NCBI GenBank assembly: GCA_000091205.1
Contig: AP006496.2
DNA from: Cyanidioschyzon merolae
Taxonomy: Eukaryota
Reading direction: 5' to 3' (one strand)
DNA length: 64,000 nt
Shown here: piece after piece, positions 35,812-46,980 of the stretch
How positions within the stretch are numbered: the stretch's first letter is position 1
How the letters are laid out: each line of letters opens with the position of its first letter
Made by a program: the position numbers and the translations under genes
The notes under the pieces: model-generated
Seen by the model: the letters and a program-made list of their open reading frames with translations, nothing else
Told to the model about the DNA's origin: nothing
Database searches by the model: none

Positions 35812-36472
35812 ATGTTCGTGTGGACAAGCGCCTGGGTTGCGAAAGGACTCCCGAGAGCGGGCACCCGTCAAACGAGAGCTTGCCTGCGGCGGCAGCTGTG
35901 TATGACCAACGTTGCGAGAAGCAGTGGCAACTCGCGTTCTGTGCCCTTTGCACCAGTCCCGGAAGCAGTTCGCGAGTCGGGGCTCGCCGGCAGTGAAGCG
36001 GAGTTCGATCCCCTGATGGTAACCTCCTACCTACCAATCTCGTGGATGCGCGAGTCCGAGGTCAAGCACGGGCGCATTGCAATGCTCGCCTTCGTGGGCA
36101 CACTCGCCCAGCAGGCATACCAGTTTCCATGGTACAAGGGCGCGCCGACGACCCTAGTCGGTGCACATGATCATTTTGTGACAACGGCGTTGGCACAAAT
36201 CCTCCTCTTCACGAGTGCATTTGAAATCGCTGCCGGAGTGCCGGCAGCTATCCAGACCGTCCGCGGCTCTGGACGTCTGCCGGGCTATTAGGGTTCGAAC
36301 CGCCTGGGCCTTCTGGGGCAAAGATGAGGCCTCGCGTAAGAGGATGGAGCTCGCAGAGGTTAAGAACGGGCGCTTGGCGATGATTGCGATGCTGGCGCTC
36401 TGGCATCAGGAGGTGCTCTCCGGTGGGATGGGCGTCATCGAACAGCTCGTGAAACAGAAATTCACTCCGTGA
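35812..36472 (+). CDS. Second LHC (FCP-like) gene with a frame disruption near 36291-36310 (possible pseudogene, small intron or sequencing frameshift)
   Basis: Frame 1 gives 'FDPLMVTSY...ESEVKHGRIAMLAFVG...FEIAAGVP...GRLPGY*'. Helix 3, 'RMELAEVKNGRLAMIAMLALWHQEV...GVIEQL', continues in another frame (36215-36472). It aligns with the C-terminus of the neighbouring LHC. Confidence 0.6.
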
Positions 36473-38200
36473 CCCCAAAGTCGTTGAGTTTGTGCTTCTG
36501 TCGAGAAAAAGGTACTGTTGGGTATGATTAGACGAACACAGAGCGTATAAACCGATTTTGGTGACGATCCTAACCATGTCAGAGCGCGAGAATCGAGCGT
36601 GTCGAGGAGCATCGGGGGGCGTTACGGGCGCAGGTGACGTTCTGTAATGCGCCCGCTCTGCATCACCCGCTCGCTAGGCGTTGAGCGTTCGCTCTGCTTG
36701 CTCCTCGCGCCTGGTCTGGCAGGGCGAGACGCGAGCCTCGCACGCACAATGCACGCTAATGTGGGCTGGTAAGCCTACCGGCACAGACACGTGTTCGCGA
36801 CGCTCCGCTACATGTTTCATGAATACGGTACGCTAGCGTGGTGCGTAGAACTCGATATAACGCCTCGCATTACGCGACGCGGCTGCCATGCAAGACTCAC
36901 GTTCGCCGATGCTGCACCACGACCGCGCATGGCTTTCTCGAAATGCAGTTGCTGCAGCGAGTGCATCTCGCGGCTACGCCAAGCGTTACCATCGTATTCC
37001 GAAACATGCATTCGAGCTGGTCGCGAGGCATCTCGTCGCTGACGCCATCACCGGCTGAGCTGCTGCAGTGAAAACCGCGGAGGTCGTTCTGTCCAAACCC
37101 AGCCAGAAATGCTTCAGAGGAAAAAGCAGAATTCATCGCGAACACGCCTGCACAGACGCTTCGTTGAGCAGGTGCAGCGCCACAGGGTTCGCAGGCGACA
37201 AACGCCGCTGCTCCGGAATGCGGCAATGAGACATGGGCGCGCCCTGACAAGCCAGCGCTCACCATTGGGCGCCTTTTGCCGCGGCTAGCCACGCTTATGC
37301 TGTCATTACGTACATGGAGTGATCGCTGCGTCTACCAAAAGCTGCATCGCTGCAAGTTGCCATTTTCATGACGGCAGCGCGCCGAATGCCTGCCTATGCT
37401 GTGAGTGCGTCAGTTTGATCGCGGTTGCATGGTAGGGACTTTGATTAAGACGCATACGCTCTTGTGACGTGTTTCGTTCGCGGATTATACTGTGATTCCC
37501 AAGTTGCCGGGTGTGTACAGGGTAGGATAGCGCTCTCCTGCAAATTTTACCAGACGCCCGTTTCGTTCACAGATCGTAGCGTGATTCCGACTTTACTCGG
37601 CAGGCAAAGCGGACCAGCGTTCCGTCAGGAACCCAGATCGTCAAAACGCTCGCTCGCAGTTAGTGGCGATCAGCGCATCACCCTGAACTAGGACGCAGCA
37701 AGCTCTTTGCCAAGCACCACGGAGCCTACTGCGACCACTAGTCCAACAACTTGAAACGGAACCCAGTCGAGTGCACAAGTGCCTCTCTCTCGCACACGTC
37801 AAGATCCATGAGCTGGGCACTTTAACCCTCCAGTTCCATATCCGAAACAGGTTCTTTCAGCATACACTCACAGACGCACAGGCAGGCGCAATTCACCAGG
37901 CATCGCCCGCCACTGCCGCAACGCATACCGTGTCAATATTCACCCTGCGTATTCTGCATGCGCAATCAGTACGGAAAACAGCACAGCGTCGCACAGCGCT
38001 GCGGTTGATGGCGTGCGCGCTGGGCGCGGCTGCGGCCCCCGTCTCGCCGAGCCGCCACCGTCGACGCCCCGGGGAGTTAAGCTGCACACCAGGTGCTGGC
38101 ACGTGTTTCACCTCGTCCACAAAACGACGTTCCGAGGCACACTCTACCACAGAATCTTTCTTAGGGAATACGAGTCCCTTTGATCGACTAGGCGTGCGCA

Positions 38201-39037
38201 GTGGGACTTTTTTGGCGGGGCATCTATTTCACGTGTTTGAGAAAAAAACCACAAAGAATGTTCGTGGCGCAAGCGTTTTCGCAGTTGCGCGTGCAACCGA
38301 GCAGGGTCTGCTGTAGCCGTCGACGGTCGGCGCGTTCGCTGAAAATGGCAACTTGGATTATGGCTCCAGATAACCCGGACGAACCCGACGAGCCGGGTCG
38401 ACGGGATCCGTCGCCGCGTCGGATGCCTTCGATCCCGGTGCCCCAGGTTGCAACGGACCAGGGTACGCTTGACATTTACTCTCGCTTGGCGAAGGATCGC
38501 AAGCTGCTTTTAGGTACTCAAGTGAATGATGAGGTTTGCAACCAGCTCGTCGCGCAGATGTTGTTTTTGGCACAGGAGAACCCAGAGGAGGATATTACGC
38601 TCTATATTAACTCACCGGGAGGCTCGGTGTCCGCTGGACTTGCGCTGTACGACACCATGATGTACGTACCGTGCGATGTTGCGACGGTCTGTTTCGGAAC
38701 CGCGGCGTCGATGGGTGCGTTCCTGCTGTGTGCCGGGGCTAAAGGCAAACGTCGGGCGTTGCCGCATGCGCGCATCATGATTCACCAGCCGCTCGGTGGG
38801 GCGCAAGGTCAAGCCATGGATATTGAAATTCAGGCACGCGAGATTCTCTACGTGCGGGATCTAATTAATCAGATCATGGCAGCGCAGACAGGCAAGGCGG
38901 TGGAAGAAATTGAACGGGACACTGATCGTGACTTTTTCATGAATGCCGAGGAGGCGGTAGCCTATGGTTTGATTGACGAGGTCGTGAAAACGAAGAACAT
39001 GCTCCCGTATCCGAAGAAACCATCGCTGGTGTACTGA
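38201..39037 (+). CDS. clpP: ATP-dependent Clp protease proteolytic subunit ClpP (organelle-targeted)
   Basis: '[33 protein letters not shown]', '[22 protein letters not shown]' (active-site Ser), 'MIHQPLGG' (active-site His) and '[15 protein letters not shown]'. The N-terminal ~60 aa look like a presequence. Confidence 0.85.
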   Translation: MGLFWRGIYFTCLRKKPQRMFVAQAFSQLRVQPSRVCCSRRRSARSLKMATWIMAPDNPDEPDEPGRRDPSPRRMPSIPVPQVATDQGTLDIYSRLAKDRKLLLGTQVNDEVCNQLVAQMLFLAQENPEEDITLYINSPGGSVSAGLALYDTMMYVPCDVATVCFGTAASMGAFLLCAGAKGKRRALPHARIMIHQPLGGAQGQAMDIEIQAREILYVRDLINQIMAAQTGKAVEEIERDTDRDFFMNAEEAVAYGLIDEVVKTKNMLPYPKKPSLVY

Positions 39038-39481
39038 GGGGTTGCGCCTGCTTGCCAGTTTGGAGGATTTGTTGTTTACTTTGGCCACCAAGGCTGCAGT
39101 AGGTTTCAGATCTAAGTACCAACGTTGATCGCGTCCGAGGGTCGTCAGCGGGAAGCCGTATCCGCACGGCATCGTAAAGTGAAAGGCGTTCTTGCTCAAG
39201 TATTGTCTAGTCGTTGTCCGGCGCGAATGCAGCGGGCTCGTGTCTGCCGTGTCGCTGCGACGCACGCACCGGCCGCTTCCGCCCGTCGATCCACAACGGG
39301 GGTTGCGTTTCGGAGAAGGTGCTCCAGCGAGCGAGCCCGGCCAGGGTACTGGTGTTGCACGCATCCGGGCGGGGTCGCTGCACCTTACCGGCGATCGAGG
39401 TTGTTGTTGGGTAGAGTCTGTTTGGGCTTGTGCCGTTTACGATTTTGGGAGTTCGGCGGCCTGTGGCTTTTCGTGCCTGGC

Positions 39482-39487
39482 AAAAAA
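39482..39487 (-). terminator. Pol III oligo-T terminator of the tRNA-like gene
   Basis: The plus strand reads 'aaaaaa' immediately after the tRNA 3' end, giving TTTTTT on the coding strand. Confidence 0.4.
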
Positions 39488-39488
39488 C

Positions 39489-39615
39489 CACGGTGGATGG
39501 GGGTCGAACCCACACGGAAGGCGCGCGTACCGCACCATCTTCTGCTCGCTGCCGTCCAGCGACGGGTCGCTAGCCGGTCCGTAGGCAGACGCCTTATCCA
39601 CTTGGCCACCACCGT
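39489..39615 (-). tRNA. Pol III tRNA-like gene: Arg(ACG)-type anticodon loop, putative 32-nt intron, long variable arm
   Basis: Minus-strand read: acceptor 'ACGGTGG' pairs perfectly with 'CCACCGT'; A box 'TGGCCAAGTGG' matches TRGCNNAGTGG exactly; anticodon stem/loop 'TCTGC CTACGGA', with the 3' strand 'GCAGA' found 32 nt later. A possible variable-arm hairpin is 'GGTGCG GTA CGCGCC'. The T arm is 'GTGGG TTCGACC CCCAT' (B box). A TTTTTT run follows the 3' end. Confidence 0.5.
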
Positions 39616-40314
39616 GTGCGCACGCGCCCTAGACGAAAGACATCTGCGATGATCTATGCAGACGCGATTCCGTCGGGAGCACAGAGAGACCATGCAGGAA
39701 ATTGCATATAAAGCGATTGCTACTGTTGGCGCGCACGGCGTGTGACCCCAGCGGTCGCCGCCCTTCCGTGTCTGTGATTTGGGGCTGGCGCTGGGGCACC
39801 GGAGGCGCGCGCGGCCACCACGCGATTGCGGCGCCCGGATCTGGATAGGGTAGCGGTGGCGGAGCGCGCTCTGGAGCCTGCAGTAGGGAGTCAGGTCGGG
39901 TCGGGCGCACCTGTAGCACCGTAAGTGAGCCTGTTGGATGAGCGATGCTTGCTGCAGTCGCTATGTTTGCCGTCATTCAGGACTGCAGGAGTAGCTTTCG
40001 GGGTAGATATGTAGAAACTGGCTCGGTCGCTTTTCAAGTAAGGAAAATTGTGTGCCTTACGGACAGAGGATGCGCGGGATCGCGTCACACGAGTATGCGC
40101 TGTCCTATCGAATGACGCTACTCCGTTATCGTTCAGGAATTGCCCGGAAAAACCTACCCTGGTGTATATATATGAAGGTGCTCTAGCCTAGCTTGAGTTT
40201 TGAATCTTATGATGCCATCGCCTCGATCCTGGCGAGAATCCATTTCCACTTGTCCTGGCTCCTGATTTTTTTCATCAAAAGTCTTCCGCGTTTCAGCAAT
40301 GCCCACGCTGATCA

Positions 40315-40790
40315 CTAAACGATTCCGTCGAAAGTTCCTTCGACGCAAACCACCGGATTCTTCCGAAGCATGAGGCATTTCCGGATGTTCATTGCGGCGT
40401 TCAAGTCTTGATACAGAGGGTGCACGCGCGCTTTCTTTCCGCAGGAATCACACCACTGCAGGCCGCTCGCCTTCGATTGCCTCTCCATCTGACGCTCGTT
40501 CAGCTTACCGTGCACCATATCGTGCATCCGGGTCTGCGTCATCCTCTCATTCCCAATCCGTTATAGCGTTCGTCCGTGCTCGTGATGCTTGTGTCTCGTA
40601 GGCAGCGCATCGACAGGAATCGTGCAGCGTCGATCCCGGCACCATTGTTGTATACGTTCCCGTCGAAGGAGCGCAAGTGCAGCCATTCCGCGTTACGGCA
40701 CATCGAGCGGCATGGACCACCCCCAAACAGCGCGATTCATCGGTGATTTCGTAATTCGCCCCATTGAGGGATTTGGTGAATGCATGCATC
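40315..40790 (-). mobile_element. TnpB/Fanzor-like remnant, copy E
   Basis: 'RQSKASGLQWCDSCGKKARVHPLYQDLNAAMNIRKCLMLRKN' keeps the CxxCG...D.NAA.NI zinc-ribbon/RuvC-III motif. Upstream, the ORF 40547-40789 reads 'NYEITDESRCLG'. Confidence 0.35.
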
Positions 40791-43151
40791 TTGCCTGCAT
40801 ACCACCGAGACCAGTTGCGACTCCAGCAAGCTTTCGTACAGTGCTGTCAGAGGTCATCAGCGTGAGCCGTTTGGACGCCCATGTATTCTCGGAGAGACGC
40901 GTGCACAGTGTGCCATGCTGCTCGGTACGATGCTCTGAGCGTTGAGATGGGCCCTGGCGCGCCGCCATTCCACTTGTTGATACGCAGAATGGGGTTTATC
41001 TTGCCCGATTCTTGATGATCACAAAGTCCCGGAAAATTTGGTCAGCGCCATCAGGTTTTTGTTCAGGTATTTGGCTACGTCCTGATGATGTAGAGGTACG
41101 GCGACGGCCGCGACGCACTGCAGACCGGATGCGACGCCCATCACGAAGCCTTCACTCCATCTACCTTGACCATTTCGAAATGCATCTCTTTGCCTGACAG
41201 GGCCTCGGATCTACCAAGTGCATCTACACTGATATCCCGTCAGACATCGAAACCCTTGTGAACTCCTTTCCATTTCTGTCCTGCAAACGAGAAATCTTGG
41301 ACGGGTTTCGCCAATGCCCTCCGTGAAGTTGTTCAAATGCTGCACAGACGCTCGCAAAGACTGGGCGTGACCCTCCGATGGGACCATACAGTACTGAACG
41401 GTCTCTATTGATATGATTAGCCTGCATCTCATAGATGCAAACCATGTCGAATAGACGCCTCAGGAAGCGAGGGCGCTCGGATTCCGGGAGCGCATCTGTT
41501 TTGCTGACGAGGCATCTATTCAGAGGCGAGCAGTAGTGCAAGATGCACGCAAGGCGGATATCACGTCCTTGCCATCTTTTGGATACAACGCTTGTCGGTC
41601 CGCGGCCGAGGGCAATGCGGCGAGCCTGGACGCTCTGAAGAAATTGTCGTTCTCACTGGTACCTCTCTTCGAAATGCGCTACCATTTCGATCTCGTTCGC
41701 CACCGCCAGCTCGCTATTTGCCTTGATCGACACCCGACGGGGCGCTTCCATCAGTACCCAGTTTCCGGGGTCAGTAAGGCGAAAGTACAACGCCAGCAAT
41801 GTGCGCCTTGTAATCCGGTCATCATTAACCCAAACACATTTTTGAGTTGTGGGCTTGGTTTGATACTTTTTGGCATATGCGCCGTACGAGTTCCGATCGC
41901 AAAGGAGGCGGAGCGACGTGTCACATTTGCTGGGAAGAATGTGCACAAATCCTGGATCTTACTATCAGTCCGTATTGCGCCTTCTGTCCAGATCATCCGT
42001 TACATCGTCGCAAGAGTCTTTGATTGACAAATTCCAGAGGAAGGAGGGCAGCTCGCTGTCCTTCGTCCAGACCCCATACAAACAGTTTCGCAACGAGATG
42101 TTTGTCAAGGAGAGTGAAGCGAAGCGAGCCTTCCTCAAATTGGAAGCTCCGCAATCCCTGGTGACGTGCTGCATCCTTTTTTGTGCCGCGGAGGCGAACG
42201 ATTGGTCTGTTGGTCCATGGGCGGCAAATGGTGTCTGGCGACAGAGAGCACGCCTTCGAATGGATCGAACCAGGGAGAACAGTCTGGCACGAACACCAGT
42301 TCGACCCGAATCCGAGTTGCGTATTCCTTGATCTCATCTCTACGAACAGCGGTTTGCCTCTCCCGGAGCACCTACATGCAGGCCTACCATTTTTTCCCGA
42401 GACATGTCTCGTCGAGTGAAACGAAAACTGTCGCTCCTTTACCAAGCTTTCGCGTTCCAGTACGAAATCGATCGCAAGTCATCGAATGCACGATGATCTC
42501 GCAAAGACGAGTGCTTTTTTCTTGGCTCATCCGTGTCTTCATCACCGTCCGTACGAACTGTACGAAAACGTGCCATTCCGGTGCTTCTTTCGCAGTATTT
42601 CATGGAGAATGTATGAAGTGGAATGGATTGACGAGGAGGCAGTCGTTACGACGGACTTTAAGTTCCGTATCGGGTGCACGACGTTCAGGGTAAGGACAAC
42701 GAGCGGGCTGGTTCATGCACCTGCTGACAACAGCGTGACTAGCTTGTCATCGTAAGGCCGTTTACTGCAAGCTAGTGGTGACAGCATCACGTCTTTCCAC
42801 GACCATTCTTCAGTCTACTAGATCCACTTTTTTTGTCGAATGCCTGCGAGAAAAACGAACAAAAAAGTAATGTTTGCATACCTGCTCCAGAATTCACTGC
42901 TCTGAGTATTCCACGGGTTGCGGGTGCTGGTCGTGGGTGGACCTTCCCGAGCCCGCGTGTTTTGGACACATTCCTGCCCGCGTTTCGACGGCGGCAGTGC
43001 TGTGAGGCCGTGCGCTGCACCCTCATCCCATGTGAAACAACGCTGCACCCTGTACCACGAGGCACGACGGAAACACGATCCCAGTCCACAGATGACAGCT
43101 TTGCGGGATTCGTGAACGGTACGCTCAAGCCGCGGGGCTTTTTAGAGAGCC

Positions 43152-43646
43152 TTACAGCCAGGCTGGTGGATTTTCCGGTATCCGCACGAGGTCGACATCG
43201 AAGAGTTCAATGAACTGTTCGTTGAGAAGGCGCACTTTTCCTCCGACGTATCGGCGATACTCCTCCAGAACAGAGGTCAAGTTCCACTGCTGGAGCTTGC
43301 GCAAGCAACCTATCACGGTTCCCGTCCGATGTCGACCAAGGTTACACATAACGTGGAGCGGGTAGTTTTCCGTGTCCAGAATAACGTCCAGCGCAGCGAG
43401 CACAACCTCTTCAGAGATCGGCATCCAAGGTGTCTGATCGCTGTCCCAGCCAACAGGAACGAGTTCGATGTCGTGATCGTCTAGAAAATTGAGAAACTGC
43501 GGCGGGAGCTCATCCGGTGAGAGGTATAGCACCTTGCGCAAGTTCAACTTTTCCAGGAACGGGTAGTTTAGCTCGTTTGGCACCCCCGAGCGGTAGAGGT
43601 CCTCCTCGACCCAGCTAAAGTTTATCGGAGGTATAAAGCTGCCCAT
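43152..43646 (-). CDS. Plant-and-fungi atypical dual-specificity phosphatase (PFA-DSP/Siw14-like)
   Basis: 'LYRSGVPNELNYPFLEKLNLRKVLYLSPD' and the catalytic P-loop 'HVMCNLGRHRTGTVIGCLRK' (Cx5R), at the family's typical ~165-aa size. Confidence 0.75.
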   Translation of the reverse strand: MGSFIPPINFSWVEEDLYRSGVPNELNYPFLEKLNLRKVLYLSPDELPPQFLNFLDDHDIELVPVGWDSDQTPWMPISEEVVLAALDVILDTENYPLHVMCNLGRHRTGTVIGCLRKLQQWNLTSVLEEYRRYVGGKVRLLNEQFIELFDVDLVRIPENPPAWL

Positions 43647-44731
43647 AGTGAATCCATTTACTTCAGTAACACTTTTGTATAGTTCCCGAAAAACGCCAGC
43701 ACTCCTCGTCGCCTAGGATCAAGACGAAAAACACTGCTCGTATTGGGCAATCAGTGTCCTTGGACGCGAGTCGTTCGCTGGAACGCCTGAAACGGTGCAG
43801 CGTAGCCGGGGGCCCGCGGAAGCCTCGCCTGCGGATGCTCTAGCCGCCGGCTACCAGGCAAAGCGTATGAACATTCTGACTCAGTCTAGCGTTGAAATGT
43901 ATCCACAGCAAATGCGTCGCCGTGGACGCTAAGCCTTCACGCAGACGCTGGTTTCAGCGGAGCGGCACAGGATCGCCTTGGCTTCGTGCACGCAGCTTTC
44001 AGTCGTGGATAGCCTCAGTTGTATAGGATGCGGGAAACAAACATGTACCTTGCAGCGCAACCCGTAATTTTCATTCCTAGCAATGATACGAACATCAGCG
44101 TCGTCGCATCGAGTTTAGATCCCTGGTCAGGACAGAGCCGTACGAAGCAGCAGTTCTCTGGGCATGAGCTCTGCTTGTTATCGACTGAGGCAGCGAGTCC
44201 TAATGACTGCGCGCTCCTCTCTTTCAACTGCGTGCAATGAGTGTTTTGAGAGTGCCAGTTCGACTCTGAGGTTGCGCCCTCTCCATTACTGGGACTCGCA
44301 TGGTGGTCGGGCTCGAGCCTCGTCGCCGACTGGCGCAAAGCCCGCCTGACCGGCCACATTTACGTGTTGCCTATATGGAGCGTGCCATGCCTATCGAAGG
44401 CCAGGCTGGAATGCGTTCAACCCTCGGATATATCCGTGATTCCGGTGGCTACAATTCGCCGTCCAGCTCGGACGCTTCTGGAGACGGTTTGCTTGAAAAC
44501 ACGGGAAACAGTTGTCGCATGTCGAACGCCGAGTTGCAACGTTGTCCATTCTCGGAGACATCCCTAGCTCCTCTAGCAACGATTCCGGTCAAGTACAAGC
44601 GAGTCTGCGGGCTGTACGTCTTCAAATCTGAGACCAGTTTGTACTTTCATTGAATACTTTGTTCGCTCCAGCGTCGTGCGCTCTCGGCGTGCGAACTGTC
44701 GCATTCCAAGGCACGGCCCGGCAGACGCGGA

Positions 44732-45394
44732 TCACAGTCCATAAATGCACACCTGCTCCGGATCAGTGCCTGTGACGCTCATAAGAGCGGTGGTCGACGC
44801 GACCCCGTTGATGCTCACGTTGCTGACGGTTGGAATGAAAAAGGCAAACGTTTGACCCCTGCTACAGTTCCTGGGAAGGAAAGCCAGGATCGCGTTCGTC
44901 GCCGTGATATTGAAACTCACCGAATGGAACTGAAAGTTCTCAGACACAATCGGAATATCCAAGTCGCAACAAGTCCCTGGACAGAGTTTTACCGTCGGAA
45001 CGAGTGCGGTCGCGTTGATGTACGCTAGCAAGTGCGAAGCACACCCGCTCGAGGGGGCTCCCGTCTCGCGCGCCTGCTCTGCCCGCACCGATATCCCTGC
45101 GGTGCTGCCTGCTGCGTTCTCACACACGGCGAGCCCGAAGCCTCGTCCCCCACAGAGGGTTTCCACAGTGCACTCAGTGCTGCAGTCACTCACGATATGT
45201 GCGTTCTCTGTCGTCCCGCAGACGTACGTGCACAGGTCCAACGCACTGCAGCTTTGAGGCAGACAGTTTAGGAGCACCAACGTCAGCAGTGTACAGAGAA
45301 AGAGTGGGTGAAGGCGAGCTCCGGACCTTGTCCCGGAACTGACCGCATCTTTCTTCCAAGGTAAGTTGTAAAGTTTTGGACTGCAGGGGTTCAT
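44732..45394 (-). CDS. Cysteine-rich secreted/surface protein, paralog 1
   Basis: A hydrophobic leader 'LFLCTLLTLVLLNCL' followed by many spaced Cys. It is a paralog of the ORF at 47748-48395, and the two bracket the left repeat copy. Confidence 0.4.
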   Translation of the reverse strand: MNPCSPKLYNLPWKKDAVSSGTRSGARLHPLFLCTLLTLVLLNCLPQSCSALDLCTYVCGTTENAHIVSDCSTECTVETLCGGRGFGLAVCENAAGSTAGISVRAEQARETGAPSSGCASHLLAYINATALVPTVKLCPGTCCDLDIPIVSENFQFHSVSFNITATNAILAFLPRNCSRGQTFAFFIPTVSNVSINGVASTTALMSVTGTDPEQVCIYGL

Positions 45395-45619
45395 CAGAAA
45401 ACCAAGACAAGGTAATCGTCAGCCAAGAGTACGTACTCGATCGTATGAAACCGGCAATAGCATCCTCATCTGTGTGACGCATCTGTTTAGGATGCGCGTT
45501 CAGTGGAAAACGCCACGAATCATGGTGTTGCGAGATCGATACATTCAGTGGGATTCTTCAGATGCGATGTTGCTGCCAGAATATAAATATCAACCAAAAA
45601 AATCGAATAGGTCTGCTTT

Positions 45620-46980
45620 GCTAACTTGGGTATAGACGCTAACGTTTGGATGCCTTGCAAGTGTCATCGACAGAAGCGTTTGCACGCGTTTTTCGTCGAT
45701 GACTGTTTCAGTGTGTGTGTGTGTGTGTCCTCTCTGTCGCCCGTATATCCGGATTCCAATACACTGGTCTTGATGCATCTGCGTCCAGTTCTGTCGCCTT
45801 TGGACGACAAATATTGATGGTAGCGTGCAGGTCCCGGTTTCTCCGCCTCCGGCTGTTGCCGACGCATACCAGGCTCATACGAATGTTGCGATCAGCACTG
45901 CGCTTGCAGTGTTCTTTTTCTGCGTTTACAGCCTCGGTGCGCGCTTTGCAGCTGTGACAAATGACTGAGGTCAGGTGTTTTCGTATGGCCACCAGACCGT
46001 CCCCTCCGAGATCCGCGCTGTGGCACGTGGACGGTTGCATCATCGACCAGTACGTACACCTGACGTGTCCAGCAGGCGCCCGTCGACGCCTTGCTCTGGT
46101 GCTGTGCTCGGTACCGTACCCAGCGATCACAAGGCTTGTTCTGGACGATCTCGTCGACGAGTACAGTGTCCGCAGCCCACGCGTGAGCGGTCACTGCTCC
46201 GTTCAGTGGGGTATTGGCGGCAAACGATGTTGTTTACGATGAAACAAGTCCTCGAAGAAATATCCAGGCTGGAGATGGAGTCGAGAAATTCCGATCAGTC
46301 TCCGATCCCTTCGTGCTAAGCGATGACGCATGCCCCACTGGAAGCGATCGCTACGATGACGCAACTCGGTGTGTCCCAGACACTTTTCCATGCAAATAGA
46401 AGCAACCACAGCGTCCCAGCGCATATCCGCTTTGAGGTATGATGTTCTTGTCGAACGCGGTTCCGTCGATGATCTCGAAGCGGGGAGCATTTGTCTTCCA
46501 AAACGGAGTCGATTACTTGACGTGACATGTTCTGTGAACTTGAGGCATGAGCGCTCGAAGTAGTCGTCAAGCGACGACACCCATGATTCCGCTTTCCGTA
46601 TGAAAGTGGCGCGAATGGCAGCGCCCGTCAGTTGCCTCGGGATCGACTGATCCAAAACCTGAAGAATGTGTGCGATTCGAGCATGCTGCACGCAAGGCAA
46701 GGCAAATGCTGCAGTCTTACGCGTCTGAAAAGGATAATCATATCTGTTATTCCGCGAGCGCTTGTTCGTGTGCATACCGAGTCATGTTGCTACAGGTGAC
46801 GTTCCGAGTGCCAAGCGCGGTAGACCCGAACGCGCCGCTCCGAAAGCAAGTCACAGATTCCGTAAACGACCTCTGAAACGGTACGCCTTTACTGCTGCAC
46901 GTCGAATGTCGAGCATGCACATCTCCAGAAAAAAAAACCTCGGAAAAATCAAAAGGCGGGAAAATAGCCTGCAGTTCAGC
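45620..46980 (-). mobile_element. 1.36-kb repeat, left copy (L), encoding a TnpB/Fanzor-like ORF interrupted by two in-frame TGA codons; inverted partner at 62320-63690
   Basis: The 190-aa ORF (46203-46775, '...RRLIGISRLHLQ...') is followed in the same frame by 'LTSVICHSCKA...EKEHCKRSADRNIRMSLVCVGNSRRRRNRDLHATINI' (45708-46130), which fits 'yTSq.C..C ... C..CG ... dRD.NAA.NI'. The copy boundaries were read from where identity with R is lost. Confidence 0.5.

Noticed and set aside
36285-36312. 'GGGTTCGAACCGCC' resembling a tRNA B box inside the second LHC gene
   Set aside because: No complementary T-stem, acceptor stem or A box is present. It is a chance match within coding sequence.
44300-44653. 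'YIRDSGGYNSPSS' resembling the ARPP-19/endosulfine 'FDSGDY' motif
   Set aside because: Too short and degenerate a match to call.
46191-46205. Reassigned genetic code (TGA as sense) to explain the in-frame TGAs in the TnpB-like ORF
   Set aside because: Bona fide genes in this window, such as anthranilate synthase at 18736-18738, terminate with TGA.
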